Shown here one piece after another: positions 25,724 to 39,031 of a stretch of 64,000 bases of DNA. Under the pieces are notes generated by a model. It had not been told where the DNA came from. It was given only the letters and a program-made list of their open reading frames with translations, and made no database searches. Position 1 is the stretch's first letter, and the number at the start of each line of letters is the position of its first letter. The position numbers were made by a program, and so were the translations under genes. The stretch is taken from positions 1-64,000 of the forward strand of contig NW_027597768.1 in assembly GCF_964194155.1 (NCBI RefSeq). The letters are read 5' to 3'. The stretch comes from Cetorhinus maximus (taxonomy: Eukaryota).

Positions 25724-26125
25724 GGAGGTTAGAAGGGGAGGATCTCACTGTCACTTGATTCAGCAGAACCTGAATATCACTGGCCTTTGAATGAGGAAGG
25801 GTAAACGTTTGTCTATTCTGTCTGTGGAAAAAGATTTCAAACATCACTGTGACTGATAAAGCACCAAGACATTCACACACCCGAATGAGAGTGTTCCAGT
25901 GCACTGGCTGTGGAAAGAGTTTTAATCCGTTACACAGACTGAATAAAAATCACACCATTCACAGCAGGGAAAAATCATTCATGTGTTCTGCTTGTGAACA
26001 AGGCTTCAACTGATTGTCCAGCCTGGAGAGACACAAGGACATCAGGTCCTCTGAGAAACCATGGAAATGTGGGGACTGTGGGAAGGGATTTATTTCCCCA
26101 TCAAAGCTAGAAACTCATCAACGCT
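25724..26125 (+). pseudogene. First, tandemly duplicated ZNF leader plus partial WKC finger
   Basis: [25 protein letters not shown], then restarts into a second leader at ~26126. Confidence 0.7.
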
Positions 26126-26328
26126 CTGTCTCTTTCTGACATTTTTAAACATCAATGTGAATGGAAAAACACAGAGACACGCACCCCTGACTGCGAGTGT
26201 TTCAGTGGATTGACCGTGGAGGGAGCTCTAACCAGTTACACAGCCTGAAAAAATATTGCACCATTCACAGCAGAGAGAAGCCGTACACATATTCTGTGTA
26301 CAGATGAGGCTTCAGCTGACTGGCGAAC

Positions 26329-27177
26329 ATGCAGAGACACAAGGACACCTGCACCATAGAGAAACCGTGGAAATGTGGGGACTGTGGGAAGAGATTCCGT
26401 TCCCCATCTGCACTCGAAATTCATCGACGCATTCACACGGGGGAGAGGCCATTCACCTGCTCTCAGTGTGGCAAGGGATTCAATCACTCATCACATCTGG
26501 TTACACACAAGCGAGTTCACACCGGGGAGAGGCCGTTCACCTGTTCCGTGTGTGGCAAGGGATTCACTCAGTCATCACACCTGCGGTTGCACCAACGCGT
26601 TCACACTGGGGAGAGGCCGTACATCTGCTCCGTCTGTGGGAAGGGATTCAGTGAATCATCCACCCTGCAGAACCACAGTGTTGTTCACACTGGGGAGAGG
26701 CCATTCACTTGCCCCGTGTGTGAGAAGGGATTCACTCGGTTAACCAACCTTCTGTGGCACCAGATAGCGCACACCGGAGAGAGACCATTCACTTGCTCCG
26801 TGTGTGGGAAGGGATTCACTCGGTCAACCAGCCTGCGGGCACACCGACGTGTTCATACTGGAGAGAGGCCATTCTCCTGCTCTGAATGTGGGAAGGGATT
26901 CCCAAATTCATCCAGCCTATGGAAGCACCGGCGAGTTCACACCGGGGAGAGGCTGTTCTCCTGCTCTCTGTGTGGGAAAGGATTCACTGAATCATCCAAC
27001 CTGCTGAGACACCAGCGTGTTCACACTGGGGAGAGGCCTTTCACCTGTTCTGAGTGCGAGAAGGAATTTGCTGATACATCCAGCCTGCGGAAGCACCGCC
27101 GAATTCACACAGAGGAGAGAGCCCGTTCACCTGCTCTGAGTGTGCGAAAGGATTCATGGAGTCATCCAACCTGCTGA
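26329..27177 (+). CDS. C2H2 ZNF, 9 intact fingers; frameshift ~27120; array cut by an LTR at 27231
   Basis: 282-aa ORF; out-of-frame fingers continue to 27230. Confidence 0.75.
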   Translation: MQRHKDTCTIEKPWKCGDCGKRFRSPSALEIHRRIHTGERPFTCSQCGKGFNHSSHLVTHKRVHTGERPFTCSVCGKGFTQSSHLRLHQRVHTGERPYICSVCGKGFSESSTLQNHSVVHTGERPFTCPVCEKGFTRLTNLLWHQIAHTGERPFTCSVCGKGFTRSTSLRAHRRVHTGERPFSCSECGKGFPNSSSLWKHRRVHTGERLFSCSLCGKGFTESSNLLRHQRVHTGERPFTCSECEKEFADTSSLRKHRRIHTEERARSPALSVRKDSWSHPTC

Positions 27178-27230
27178 GACACTATTGCAGTCACACTGAT
27201 TACAGGCCCTTTCGATGCTCTGACTGTGGG

Positions 27231-29265
27231 TGTTAATTGTATCAGCTGTGGTTACATATACATAGGTGAAGGGAATTGATTGGATGGTTACTTGAGCACA
27301 GATAAAAAGAAACTTACTGGCATGGAGTGGAGTCAGGAGTTATATAACTAAAGTTTCACTCTGTGAATAAGTCTATACCAAGTAAAGACTGGCTCCAGTT
27401 TCTTTCTTCACCATAAGGCTGTCATGGTAACAGATTGCTTGCCTAATGGCGAAGGATGGAAACTAAACGGAAATAAAATTTTGGACAAAAGCTTCCAATC
27501 CTAGTAATTTTTGTGAGAAATGGCTGAAAGCAATTGTCAGGGTCAGATACCCAGCCTGTTCTTGGAGTCTGAGCCATACAACCAGTGGAAGAATGAAGTG
27601 GATATGTGGACACGGGTTATGTCCCAACCAAGGAGGGAACAAGGTCTGGCCTTGGCACTGTCACTTCCTAACAAAAGTAAAATCAGAACAGAAGAATTTT
27701 GTGAGCTGGATGCCTGTCAGTTGGATATCGATGAAGGTTTGGATCTTCTATTCGGGTTCATTGATAATATTTACAAGAAAGCCTGTGAGCATAATCGGAC
27801 TTTGACAGGTTTTGAATGAGGGCGAAAGCACCTTTAACAGATCTGGATTGGAACAGCACTAATAGGTGAATGGGAACAATTAACAAGTGTTTCAGGATTA
27901 ACTCAAAATATGATTATGAGCCAAACTGCCCAAAGTGGAAAATCAGGGTCTTCAAAGTGACTCATGACACAGAGAATTCTGAGGCTGAAGATCATGACAA
28001 TTATCACTCTGAAGGAATTGTACTCGTCACAAAGAGTTTTGGTCCATTTCTGAGTATATTGTTCACAGACGCTTTCAACTGTGCTGTGTTAGATAGTGGC
28101 TGCACCTCGACAGTATGTGGATCAGATTGGTGAAGATGTTACCCAGATTCACCTCGTGGTGAAGATGGACACAAGGTTAAGGAGGGTTCAACTTGTTTAG
28201 GTTTGGGTGATGTCACACATTGAAGCCACTAAAAAGAGTGGTGATTCCATGCAAAATATCTGGATTCAGCCACTTTATCAGGACTGGTGTAGTCTTTTGT
28301 GAGATCCCCTCACTGTTGAGTAAACCTTAGGTAAAAGGCACAATTGCAACTGGACATGAATCAAGATAAGACAACTGTTTTTGGAAAGTCAGTGAGTCTG
28401 CAGTTTACTCAATCAGGGCATTATCGTATCCCTTTAACAATACCTGCTGTTTCGAATCAGAGTGTTTGAGAAAGATTAATGGAATCAAGTGATAAGAATC
28501 AGCGAGAAGAAAAGCAAATTGTCTTAAAGCTACAAAGACAGTTTGCTCACCCTTCTTGTCAAAGATTAAAACTCCTGCAGGGTGGTTGATGAAGAGCATA
28601 CGAGCCTCATAGAAGAGATTAATGCAAGGTGTGAAATCTGTAAAAAGTATCGGAGGACACCGTCACATCCTATTGTAAACCTTCCCTTGGCATGTGACTT
28701 GAACAAGTTAGTTGCCATGGATCTAAAGGTATGGGACAAATTCAGAAATATTTTCATTCTACACTTTATGGACATAGTAACTCGATTTAGTGTTTCTCTC
28801 CTAACACATGGCAAGGACAAAAGAGTGATTATAGACCAAGTCATGGAGAAATGGATAGGGACTAGACCTGGGGCACCAGCTAAGTTTCTGACTGATAATG
28901 GAGGGGAATTTGCTAATGAGTTTAGAGACATGTGTGAAAACATGAACATTATGTTCATGAACATCACAGCTGAAAGTCCTTTCAGCAATGGACTCTGTGA
29001 AAGGAATTACGCGGTGATCAATGAAATGCATAAAATCTTAGCTGATCAGCCAAACTGCAAGTTGACCACTGCACTGGCATGGATGATTCATGTAAAGAAT
29101 TCACTTCAGATGGTTGGAGGGTATAGTCCCTATCAATTGGTCTATGGGAGAAATCCCAAATTACCCTCTGTGCTGGGCGATAGCCCTCCTGCTTTAGAAA
29201 GCACAACAATTAGTTCCAATTTTAGTCATCAATTATCAGATTATTTCATGAAAAGAACTGCTTGA
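27231..29265 (+). mobile_element. Ty1/copia (GalEa-like) LTR retrotransposon, 5' part: LTR 27231-27424, PBS, gag, protease, integrase; RT missing
   Basis: TG..CA LTR followed by TGGTAACAGA; gag YNQWKNEVDMW; protease AVLDSGCTSTVCG; integrase AMDLK...LTDNGGEF...SNGLCER; integrase directly follows protease. Confidence 0.75.
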
Positions 29266-29373
29266 ACTCAGAAATTATTGGGAATCCTAGCTATGGGTGT
29301 CTCATCATGTAATGCTTTGTACAAAATAAGGAAAATCATATTCTTTCTGTTTCGAAATATTGTTTGTGGCTAT

Positions 29374-30150
29374 TGTTAGGATCCCAGTCGAGACCATTAA
29401 CTTTTAAAGAGAAATTCGAATACCCAGTGATTAACTGAAAGAATTACGCCACAAGATTCCATATTTTTAAACAAAAACAAACTTTACTATGTATATAAGA
29501 GAAAAGAAAATTAAAAACCAGCACAATGAACTTAACACGATAGTTAATAAAAACTTATACTATTAACCCAGTTCTACTTTTTTAACTTCCCCCCCACCCC
29601 TAACACATGAATTCATTTATATTTAACGATATTTTGAAGGTTCATTCACTTCTGTTCCTGGGACCATCCCAAAGATATGTCAAAGCTCTCCAGAATTCTC
29701 TTTAATTCTCCTCAGTATTCCAGCTGTTCTCCAAGTTCCAAGATTTTATGGTGGTCCTTCCATTAGCTTTTGGCTAAACAACCCTCCAACTTTCCTTTAA
29801 GACCTCAAAACTGTGGACTCCTCAGTCCAAGCGTGGGATTCAACGCCTTTTTGCTGAGGGATTTAAACATTAGGAACACCCCTAGTTCCTAATGGCCCTA
29901 TAAGTTTCCAGCTGGTTCACACCTCCTGGTCCCACAGCTGGCTGCGTCCAAGCGAACTGCAGACTGCCTGCTTTCTGTGAGAAACACGCAGAATTCCAAC
30001 CAAGGCTCCACCCTGAATCACTTATCCCCATGGTAACAGAGACCAGTTGGGATGTCCAATTGATATTTAAATTAATTAACTTTTAGCTTCAAAACCAAAG
30101 CTTTTTTCCCTGAGGTCTGCATAAAGAATTCACCTCTCTAACAAAGACAG
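29374..30150 (-). mobile_element. Probable LTR relic, possibly continuing at 31610-32055 beyond the Penelope insertion
   Basis: Reverse strand ends ...gtaaagtttgttttt...gggatcctaaca, an LTR-like end; no coding support. Confidence 0.35.
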
Positions 30151-30159
30151 GATAATAAT

Positions 30160-31605
30160 TAAGATAAAAGCAAAATACTGCGGATGCTGGAAATCTAGAA
30201 CAAAAACAAAAATACCTGGAAAAGCTCAGCAGGTCTGACGGCATCTGCGGAGAGGGATACAGTTGACATTTCGAGTCTGTATGACCCTTCATCAAACTAA
30301 GAAATATAGAAATGAGGTGAAATATAAGCTGGTAGAGGGGGGTGGGACAGGTAGAGCTCGATAGGGGGGCAGTGATAGGTGGACGCCAAGAAGAGACTGC
30401 CAAAGATGTCATAGACAAAGGGGCATTGACGGTGGTGATATTATCTAAGGAATGTGCTAATGCAGATGTTAAGGGTAGAAAGCAGGACAAGCTAGCAGCA
30501 GATGGCCCTAGTGGGGGTGGGGTGGGGGGAAGGGGTCGAAATGGGCTAAAAGGTGGAGATAAAACAATAGATCGAAATAAATTTAAAAATAGGTGGGAAA
30601 AGAAAAATATATTTGTAAAAAAATTATAAATTATTGGAAAAGGGGGGATCGGAAAGTGGGTGGGGATGGAGGAGAGAGTTCATGATCTGAAATTGTTGAA
30701 CTCAATATTAAGTCCAGAAGACTGTAAAGTGCCTAGTCGGATGATGAGGTGCTGTTCCTCCAGTTTGCATTGAGCTTCACTGGAACATTGCAGCATGCCA
30801 AGGACAGACATGTGGGCATGAGAACAGGGTGGTGTGTTGAAATGGCAAGCGACAGGGAGGTCTGGGTCATGCTTGCGGACAGACTGAAGGTGTTCTGCAA
30901 AGCGGTCACCCAGTCTGCATTTGGTCTCTCCAATGTAGAGGAGAGTGCTTTGGGAGCAGCGAATGCAGCAGACTAAATTTAGGGAAGTGCAAGTGAAGCA
31001 CTGCTTTACTTGAAAGGAGTGTTTGGGCCCTTGGACGGTGAGGAGGGGGGAAGCAAAGGGGCAGGTGTTGCACCTTCTAAGGTTGCGTGGGAAGGTGCCG
31101 TGGGAGGGGGCTGAGGTGTAGGAGATGATGGAGGAGTGGAACCGGAGGGTACAATCCCTGCGGAAAGCCGCCAGTGTGGTGGGGGGGGGTGAAGGGAAGA
31201 TGTGTTTTGTGGTGGCATCATGCTGGAGTTGGCGGAAATGGCAGAGGATGATCCTTTGAATGCAGAGGCTGGTGGGGTGATAAGTGAGGACAAGGGGGAC
31301 CCTATCATGGTTCTGGGAGGGAGAGGAAGGTGTGAGGGCGGATGCACAGGAGATGGGCCGGACACGGTTGAGGGCCCTGTCAACCACCATGGGTGGAAAA
31401 CCTCAGTTAAGGAAGAAGGAAGACATGTCAGAGGAACTGTTTTGGAAAGTGGCATCATCAGAACCGATGCGACGGAGGGAAAAGAACTGAGAGAATGGGA
31501 TGGAGTCCTTACAGGAAGCGGGGTGTGAGGAGCTTTAGTTGAGGTAGCTGTGGGAGTCGGTAGGCTTGTAATGAATATTGATGGATAGTCTATCACCAGA
31601 AATTG
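30160..31605 (-). mobile_element. Penelope-like retroelement (RT C-terminus, GIY-YIG endonuclease, terminal repeat)
   Basis: ORF 30680..31390 VPLVLTYHP...CNTC...YIGETKCRLGDRFAEH...GLN; degenerate hammerhead at ~30262-30296. Confidence 0.9.
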
Positions 31606-32944
31606 TCAGGACAATAATTGTCAGACCCAATGTCTCCAGGTCTCCAGCTAAAAGAGCCCACCTGCCGTTTTACAGTTCTTACCCTTTGAGCTTTGGCTTC
31701 TTAAATCAACATGGGCCACACCTTGTGATTGTGAATTCCCTTAGGGTGTTTTTGTCAGATTCTCAGCCCAGGTTTTCCAATTATCGTACATTTAAAAAAA
31801 ATCCAATTCCTAAACTAAAAGTTATATTTCTAAAACATGAATTATGAAACTAGATATTCACAACACCTTCCTCAGGAAGAAATGAAAATGTCTCACCCTC
31901 GTAATATCCTATTTAGAATATTACAACTTACAACCTGCTGTACATCTTAACAACAGCCATATCTTATCGAATGGCGGAGCAGGCTCGAGGGGCCAAGTGG
32001 CTGACTCCTGTTCCTGAATCCTATGTTTTCCTATGTTTAACTATCTTATAACATGCAATACACATAATAATCCCTCCAATGTCCACTTCAAATTCACAAG
32101 TCTATCTTGATAACAGCACATTGCTGAATTCCATGTCCAGGAATCACATTCCACTGAAGATGTGAAATATTACAGCTTGCAGTGTTTTCTGAAAGTTTTC
32201 TTCTTACAATAATTATAGTCCAAAGTTCCTTCTGCAAAAGGAGAGCCCTCATTGCTGTTCATATGTGTATTTTCAATTTCAGTTTGAAAATCTGTTTGTT
32301 CAGAGTTCACCCTTTGAGCTTTATTTTCTTCCATGTCTGTAGTTTCTCCATTGTTTAAATCCAAAAGGAATATCCCAGTCAATTCCACATTTAAAGTGTC
32401 TTCTTCTTGTTCAGTTGGAGGTGGAACTTTTTCATTTTTCAGTTCATTTCCCAGACTCAAACATTTTGTATTCTCTTTTTGAGACAACAAGTTCAGAAAG
32501 GCTTCTTTTTGTGGCAACAGCTCGTTCCTTCATTGGTCAAAATCTTCTTTAGCCATTTTAAGAATGTTGTTCAAATGCTTTTAATGTTCAAGTAAAAAGG
32601 TTTGATATTCCTGTTTTGAGTATATGGGATCTTGGGCTTCAGAAACAGAGGTATTGAGAACAAAAGTGGGGAAGTTATGCCAATAGTTTATAAAGCTCTG
32701 GTGAGGCCACTATGAGAGTCCTGAGTCCGGTCCTGGTCACTACACTTTAAGAGGATGCGAGGGTCCTTGAGAGGGTGTAGAGGAGATTTACCAGAACGGT
32801 TCCAGGGATGAAGGATTTTTACAAGTTTAAGTTGGAGAAGCTGGGATTGTTCTTCTTGAAGTAAAGGAGGCTGAGGGGAGTTTTGATAGAGGTGAACAAG
32901 ATTATTGCAGGTTTAGATAAGGATGGGTGGAGGCTCGTGTGGAG

Positions 32945-33230
32945 CATAGTGGTATTGTCACTGGACAATACCACTATTCCAGACACCCAGGGTTTGGGTC
33001 TGTGGACCTGGGTTTGAATCCCAACACAGCAGATGGTGAAAATTAAATCAAACAAAAATCTGGAATTAAAAGTCTGATGATGACAACATCTGGTTCACTA
33101 ATGTCCCTTAGGAAAGGAAATCTGCTGTCCTTACCTGGCCTACGTGTGACTACAGACCCACAGCAATGTGGTTGACTCTTAAATGTCCTCTGAACAAGGG
33201 CAATTAGGGATGGGCAATAACTGCTGGCCA
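32945..33230 (+). mobile_element. tRNA-derived SINE sharing its 3' tail with the Crack-like LINE (other copies 14620-14795 +, 55895-56230 -)
   Basis: Head agtggtattgtcactgga...ggtttgaatccca; core ggttcactaatgtcccttaggaaaggaaatctgc; tail gggcaattagggatgggcaataa. Confidence 0.7.
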
Positions 33231-33544
33231 AGCCCTGTGCTGTAGACCCAATGGAACAGAGACAAATGTATTTACTTGAGACCTATCTGTAGTGGTAGAA
33301 AAAACACTATTTACTATCCAGGATAAAATAGATATTCTACATCAGCTTTTGTGAGTCAGTTCAGTGGAAACATGCACTCCCAGGCTAAAAGAGCATCAGC
33401 CCACTGGAAGCAAAGTCATGAGACCGGCCAGTCCAGCAGAAAGAAACACTCAGGCCCTCCCACTTCATCAATCGTCAGAATGAACATGGTTCTCTCCGGG
33501 ATGTGACTGACGGCAGCAATAACAGCAGAATCCAACCCCTGTTA

Positions 33545-34300
33545 TCATTTGTGAACTCGCTGATGTTTCTGAAGGTAGGTTGATCGACTGAATTTCTTCC
33601 CACACTCAGAGCAGGTGAACAGTCTCTCCCCAGTGTGAAGATGCTGGTGTCTCAGCAGGCTGGATGAATCAATGAATGCTTTCCCACACTCAGAGCAGGT
33701 GGGTGGCCACTCCCCGGTGTGAATCCGCTGGTGTGCCTTCAGGAAGGACGACCGACTGAATCCTTTCCCACACTCAGAGCAAGTGAATGGCCTCTCCCTG
33801 GTGTGAACTCGAAGGTGTATCCGCAGGCTTGATGAATCAATGAATGCCTTACCACACTCGGAGCAGCTGAACGGCCTCTCCCCAGTGTGAACTCGCTGGT
33901 GTATCCGCAGGTTGGAGGAATGAGAGAATCCCTTTCCACAATCAGAGCAGGTGAACGGCTTCTCCCCAGTGTGAACGCGCTGGTGTGCCTGTAAGTGAGA
34001 TAACCGACTAAATCCCTTCCCACAATCAGAACAGGTGAATGGCCTCTCCCCGGTATGAATTCGCTGGTGTGTCAGCAGGTCGGATGAAGTAGTGAATGCC
34101 TTTCCACACTCAGAGCAGGTGAACGGCCTCTCCCTGGTGTGAATTCGCTGGTGTCTGAGCAGGTGAGATGAATGAGTGAACCCCTTCCCACATTCACAGG
34201 TAAATGGTCTCTCTCCAGTGTGGCTGCGTTGATGAATTTCCAGCTGAGATGGGGATCTGAATCCATTCCCACAGTCCCCACACTTCCATGGTTTTTCCAT
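33545..34300 (-). CDS. C2H2 ZNF, 9 fingers (second has an atypical C-x-C spacing)
   Basis: 251-aa [13 protein letters not shown]...HQRVHK*; family leader and 3'UTR present. Confidence 0.85.
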   Translation of the reverse strand: MEKPWKCGDCGNGFRSPSQLEIHQRSHTGERPFTCECGKGFTHSSHLLRHQRIHTRERPFTCSECGKAFTTSSDLLTHQRIHTGERPFTCSDCGKGFSRLSHLQAHQRVHTGEKPFTCSDCGKGFSHSSNLRIHQRVHTGERPFSCSECGKAFIDSSSLRIHLRVHTRERPFTCSECGKGFSRSSFLKAHQRIHTGEWPPTCSECGKAFIDSSSLLRHQHLHTGERLFTCSECGKKFSRSTYLQKHQRVHK

Positions 34301-35039
34301 AGTATGGGCCTCCTAGTCTGTCTTCAGGTTCGTTGATCAGCTGAGGCGTCCACATATAGCACATGTACAGTCTCTCCCAGCTGTAAATAGTGATGTTCTT
34401 ACAGGCTGTGTAACTGGTTAAAGCTCTTGCCACAGTCAGTGCACTGGAACACTCTCACTCGGGTGTGTGTCTTCGTCCTTTCTCAGTCACACTGATTTTA
34501 AAATCTTCTGAAGCGCACAGAACAGACAAAGTTTTCTCCTTCAAGATTCAAAGGCCGATGATGTTCAGATCGCGCAATAATTGAGTGACTGCCAATTCTT
34601 CACTTGATGTTTGGTTCGATTTTCGTCTCTGTAAATCCTCCTCTTCTAATATCCTCTCAAAGGAGTTTATAAAAGTCAGCGCCCTCAGTCCAGGATAGAA
34701 ACTAGAATTACCTGTTCTTAATTTCTCTGGAACATTATTTCCTTTCTTACTCCCCAAGCGCTGTAAGTAGCTGCCCCCACACACACTCCCTCCATTAGCT
34801 GGAGTGTTTAGTACAGTTTTGGTCTCCTTACCTAAGGGAGAATATACTTGTCACAGGGGGAGTTTAGCAAAGGTTCACCAGATTAATGCCTGCGGGGTGG
34901 GATTTTCCTATGAGGAGAAATTGAGGAAACTCGGCCTCTATTTTTAGAGTGTGTGAAGCTAAAAACAAATGTTGTGCTGTTTAAAATCAAACTACAGGAC
35001 TTGGAAGAAAATGAGGGGAAAACATGTAAACTCCACTCC

Positions 35040-35400
35040 CTCAGCTGGCAGCGCAGGCGCAGAAAGCGCTGCTGTCCGGAGCAGGCGCAGTGCAGTTGCC
35101 GCCAGCGGTCGCTCGATCTCTTTTTGAACCAGCCAACCGCCGTAGACAGAGGGCGGGGGGAGGGGGAGTTCGCCGAGCGACTTCTCCCTCTGGCCGGAGC
35201 CGTCAGCCGGTTACCTGGAAACCTTGTCTCGAGGAGGTGCAGGCGGAAGGGGGAAAAACGGGTGGGGGCGGGGCTCCCGTGTCCGCGCGCCTGGCCTGCA
35301 GACTGGAACCCGAGGACGTCACCGCGGAACAGAGTGATTCCTATTGGCTGATTCGGTGAACGTTCCATTGAGGACGTCACAATGCGAAAGGTGGACAATC
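35040..35400. promoter_or_regulatory. CpG-rich promoter between divergent ZNFs
   Basis: gcgcaggcgca 35051, gagcaggcgcagtg ~35079, CRE-like gacgtca ~35315 and ~35373, attgg ~35344. Confidence 0.65.
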
Positions 35401-35709
35401 AGCTTCAAACCAAAACTTCCTCCTCTGGGCAACATCTGTGAGGAAATCAATGTTTTTACTTCGATTTGTTTTTTAATTCTGGGGTTTAATTATGGACTTG
35501 CAGGAACTGAAGGGAGAGGAAGTGAATCCAGGGAGGGTGCAGACTCTGGAAAGGTTGGCCCAGGTCTCTTTCTCTTAAAATCATTGCCATTCTTTGTTCC
35601 CTCAACTTGACACATTAATTTGTCTGGTTGAAAGGTTGGTCTCTTTCCTAATGTTCACAATTAAAGGGTTGATTTCCCCAGGAGATGGCTGACATTTAAG
35701 ACTACAAGC

Positions 35710-38380
35710 TAGTAAGGTAGGACATGAAAGCGTGAGGTGTTACATTTTGGGAGGACGACAAGGCAAGGGAGTACACAAGAGTGGTAGGACCCGAGGAAGT
35801 AGAGGATCAGAGGGACCTTGGCGTGCATGTCCATCAATCCTTGATGGCAGCAGGACAGGTAGTGGTTAAGAAGGCATATGGGATACTTGCCTTTATTCAA
35901 CAAGGCACTGAATACAAGAGCAGGGAGGTTATGGTGGAGATGTATAAAGTGTTAGTTCGGCCACATCTGGAGTACTGTGTACAAAATCAGCATGGTTTCA
36001 TCAAGGGGAGGTCATGCCTGACAAATCTGTTAGAATTCTTTGAGGAGGTAACGAGTAGGTTAGACAAAGGAGAGCCAATGTATGTTATCTACTTGGACTT
36101 CCAGAAGGCCTTTGACAAGGTGCCGCACAGGAGGCTGCTCAGAAAGATAAGAGCCCATGGTATTAGAGGCAAGGTACTAGCATGGAAAGAAGATTGGCTG
36201 TCTGGCAAGAGGCAGCGAGTGGGGATAAGGGGGTCCTTCTCAGGATGGCAGCCGGTGACTAGTGGAGTTCCGCAGGGGTCAGTGTTGGGACCACAACTTT
36301 TCACTTTATACATTAATGATCTAGATGAAGTAAGTGAGGGCATCCTGGCTAAGTTTGCAGATGATACAAAGATAGATGGAGGGACAGGTAGTATTGAGGA
36401 GGCAGGGAGGCTGCAGAAGGATTTGGACAGGTTAGGAGAATGTGCAAAGAAGTGGCAGATGGAATACAACGTGGGGAAGTATGAGGTCATGCACTTTGGT
36501 AGGAAGGAATAGAGGCATAGACTATTTTCTAAATGGGGAGAGAATTCAGAAATCTGGAGTGCAAAGGGACTTGGGAGTCCTAGTCCAGGATTCTCTTAAG
36601 GTTAACTTGCAGGTTGAGTCGGTAGTTCGGAAGGCAAATTCAATGTTGGCATTTATTTCGAGAGGACTAGAATATAAAAGCAGGGATGTGCTGCTGAGGC
36701 TTTATAAGGCTCTGGTCAGACCACATTTAGAATATTGTGAGCAATTTTGGGCCCCGTATCTCAGGAAGGATGTTCTGGCCCTGGAGAGGGTCCAGAGGAG
36801 GATCACGAGAATGATCCCAGGAATGAAAGGCTTAACATATGAGGAACGTTTGAGGACTCTGGGTCTATACTGGATGGAGTTTAGAAGGATGAGGGGGGAT
36901 CTGATTGAAAGTTACAGAATACTGAAAGGCCTGGATAGAGTGGACGTGGGGAAGATGTTTCCATTAGTAGGAGAGACTAGGACCCGAGGGCACAGCCTCA
37001 GAGGAAAGGGAAGACCTTCTCGAACAGAGATGAGGAGAAACTTCTTTAGCCAGAGAGCGGCTAAAGAAGGCTGCTTCATTGCCAGAGAAGGCTGTGGAGG
37101 CCAGGTCATTGAGTGTATTTAAGACCAAGATAGACAGGTTCTTGATTGGTAAGGGGATCAAAGGTTACGGGGAGAAGGTGGGAGAATGGGTTGAGAAACT
37201 TATCAGCCATGCTTGAATGGCGGAGCAGACCTGATGGGCCGAATGGCCTAATTTCTGCTCCTATGTGTTATGGTCTTATGGTCCTGGTCAGCACACTGTA
37301 GGAAGGATGTGATTGCGCTTGAGAGGGTGCAGAGGGGATTTGCCTGGGTGTTGCCTGGACTGGAGCATTTCAGCTGTGAAGAGACACTAGATAGGCTGGA
37401 ACAAAAACAAAAAATGCTGGATAAACTCAGCAGGTTTGACAGCATCTGTGGAGAAAAAGACAGAGTTAATGTTTCGAGTCCGTATGACTCTTCTCCAGAG
37501 CTAAAGGGATGTAGAAATGTGGTGAAATAAATACTGTTTAAAGGAGGTGTAACAGGTGAAGCTGGATAGAAAGCCAGCGATAGGTGGAGGCAAAGGAGAG
37601 ATTGCGAAAGGTGTCATAAACAAAAGGTCAAAGGGCTGTTAATAGCGGTGGTACTGGCTAAAGGAGGTGCTAATGGAGACATGAAGCGTGGAAAGCAGAA
37701 TGTGATAATGGCAAGACCAGGGTAAGCACTCTTGAAAGTGACAGATGGCCCTAGTGTGGGTGGGGTGGGGGGAGGGGACGGTGGTGGGAAAAAAAGATCA
37801 AAAAGGCTAAAAGCTGGGGATAAAACAATGAATAAAAATGGAAATAAGTTTTAAAAATAATAGTAATGAAAATAAGTGGGAAAAAAGATATCTAAATAAA
37901 CAAATAAAAATCAAGAAATAAAAGTGATAGTAAAAAAAAGGGGATCAAAAAGGGGTAGATAGGCTGGGGTTGTTTTCCTTAGAGCAGAGAAGGCTGAGGG
38001 GGGACCTGATTGAGGTATACAAGATTATGAGGGGCACAGATAGTGTAGATAGGAAGAAACCTTTCCCCTTAGTGGAGGGGTCAGTAACCAGGGGGCATAG
38101 ATTTAAGGTAAGGAGCAGGAAGTTTGGAAGGGATTTGAGGAAAGCTTTTTTCACCCAGAGGGTGGGGGGGTTTTGGAACTCACTGCCTGAGAGGGTGGTA
38201 GAGGCAGGAACCATCACAACATGTAAGAAGTATTTAGATGAACGCTTGAAATGCCATAGCACACAAGGCTATGGGCCAAGTGCTGGAAAATAGGATTAGA
38301 GTAGATAGAGGCTTGATGACCGGCACAGACACGATGGGCTGAAGGGCCTCTTTCCGTGCTGTAAAACCCTATGACTCTAT
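35710..38380 (+). mobile_element. Nested complex: outer CR1 3' end interrupted by an inner CR1 (~35985-37280) and a Penelope fragment (37400-37955, -)
   Basis: Outer LEYCVQ|(F)WS motif is split by the inner RT; the Penelope piece is flanked by TAGATAGGCTGG at 37388-37399 and 37956-37967. Confidence 0.85.
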
Positions 38381-39031
38381 TTCTTGGATATAGATTGTGT
38401 ATGTCTAGTATTAATATAGTAAATGCTACATTTTTATGGTTCTTTAATAAAGTACATTTATTATTATTTCTAGTTTTCCTATATAGTACTGTATATATTT
38501 CCAGTCATTAAGGCACAGAAGTTGTCCATTCAGCAAGTTGAGTCCATGCTGACTCTCTGTAGAGCCCCGTTCCCCTTGTATATCAAGAGAGGAAAGAATA
38601 AGCCAAAGCAACTAGAATTGGCTGTTCTGACTTTTTGTCCTATACTGACAATGATGGGTTTTGTAAATGCTTTTTACAGTATTTTAGAAGGAGAGGATTT
38701 GCAGACAGAAATCTCAAAACATCACATCGTAACCTAACAAAGTCACTTGATTCACTGGGATGTGAAAAACACTGGCCTTTGAATCTGGAAGGAGAAATGT
38801 TTGTCTGTTCTGTCTGCTTCAAAAGGTTTTAAATATCAGTGTGACTGGAAAAGCACCGAGACACACACGCCTGACTGAATGTGTTCCAGTGTACTGACTG
38901 TGGAAAGAGACTTAACCAGTTATACAATCTGAACAAACATCGCACCAGTCACAGCAGTGAGAGACTGTTGTCTGTCACATTATCTGTGTGGGGACGAGAC
39001 TTCAACTCATTGTCGAATCTGGAGAGACACC

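Noticed and set aside
26256-27007. Overlapping shifted-frame and antisense ORFs over ZNF arrays (e.g. 26256..26654, 26375..26743, 39396..39851, 45141..45605, 60111..60635)
   Set aside because: By-products of repetitive finger codons; no independent coding signal.
32170-32517. 115-aa acidic, low-complexity ORF
   Set aside because: No recognisable domain; probably internal sequence of a decayed LTR element.
32945-33030. tRNA genes (also ~18570, ~56150, ~58820)
   Set aside because: Degenerate SINE heads followed by SINE body and tail; no full cloverleaf.
34883-35398. ORFs of 100-170 aa within the GC-rich islands (also 5895, 10485, 24906, 46193)
   Set aside because: Expected in stop-poor GC-rich DNA, not conserved in frame between paralogous promoters, and no KRAB-like motif.
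35781-36512. 243-aa RT ORF as an intact element
   Set aside because: In-frame fusion of two nested CR1 fragments with domains out of order.
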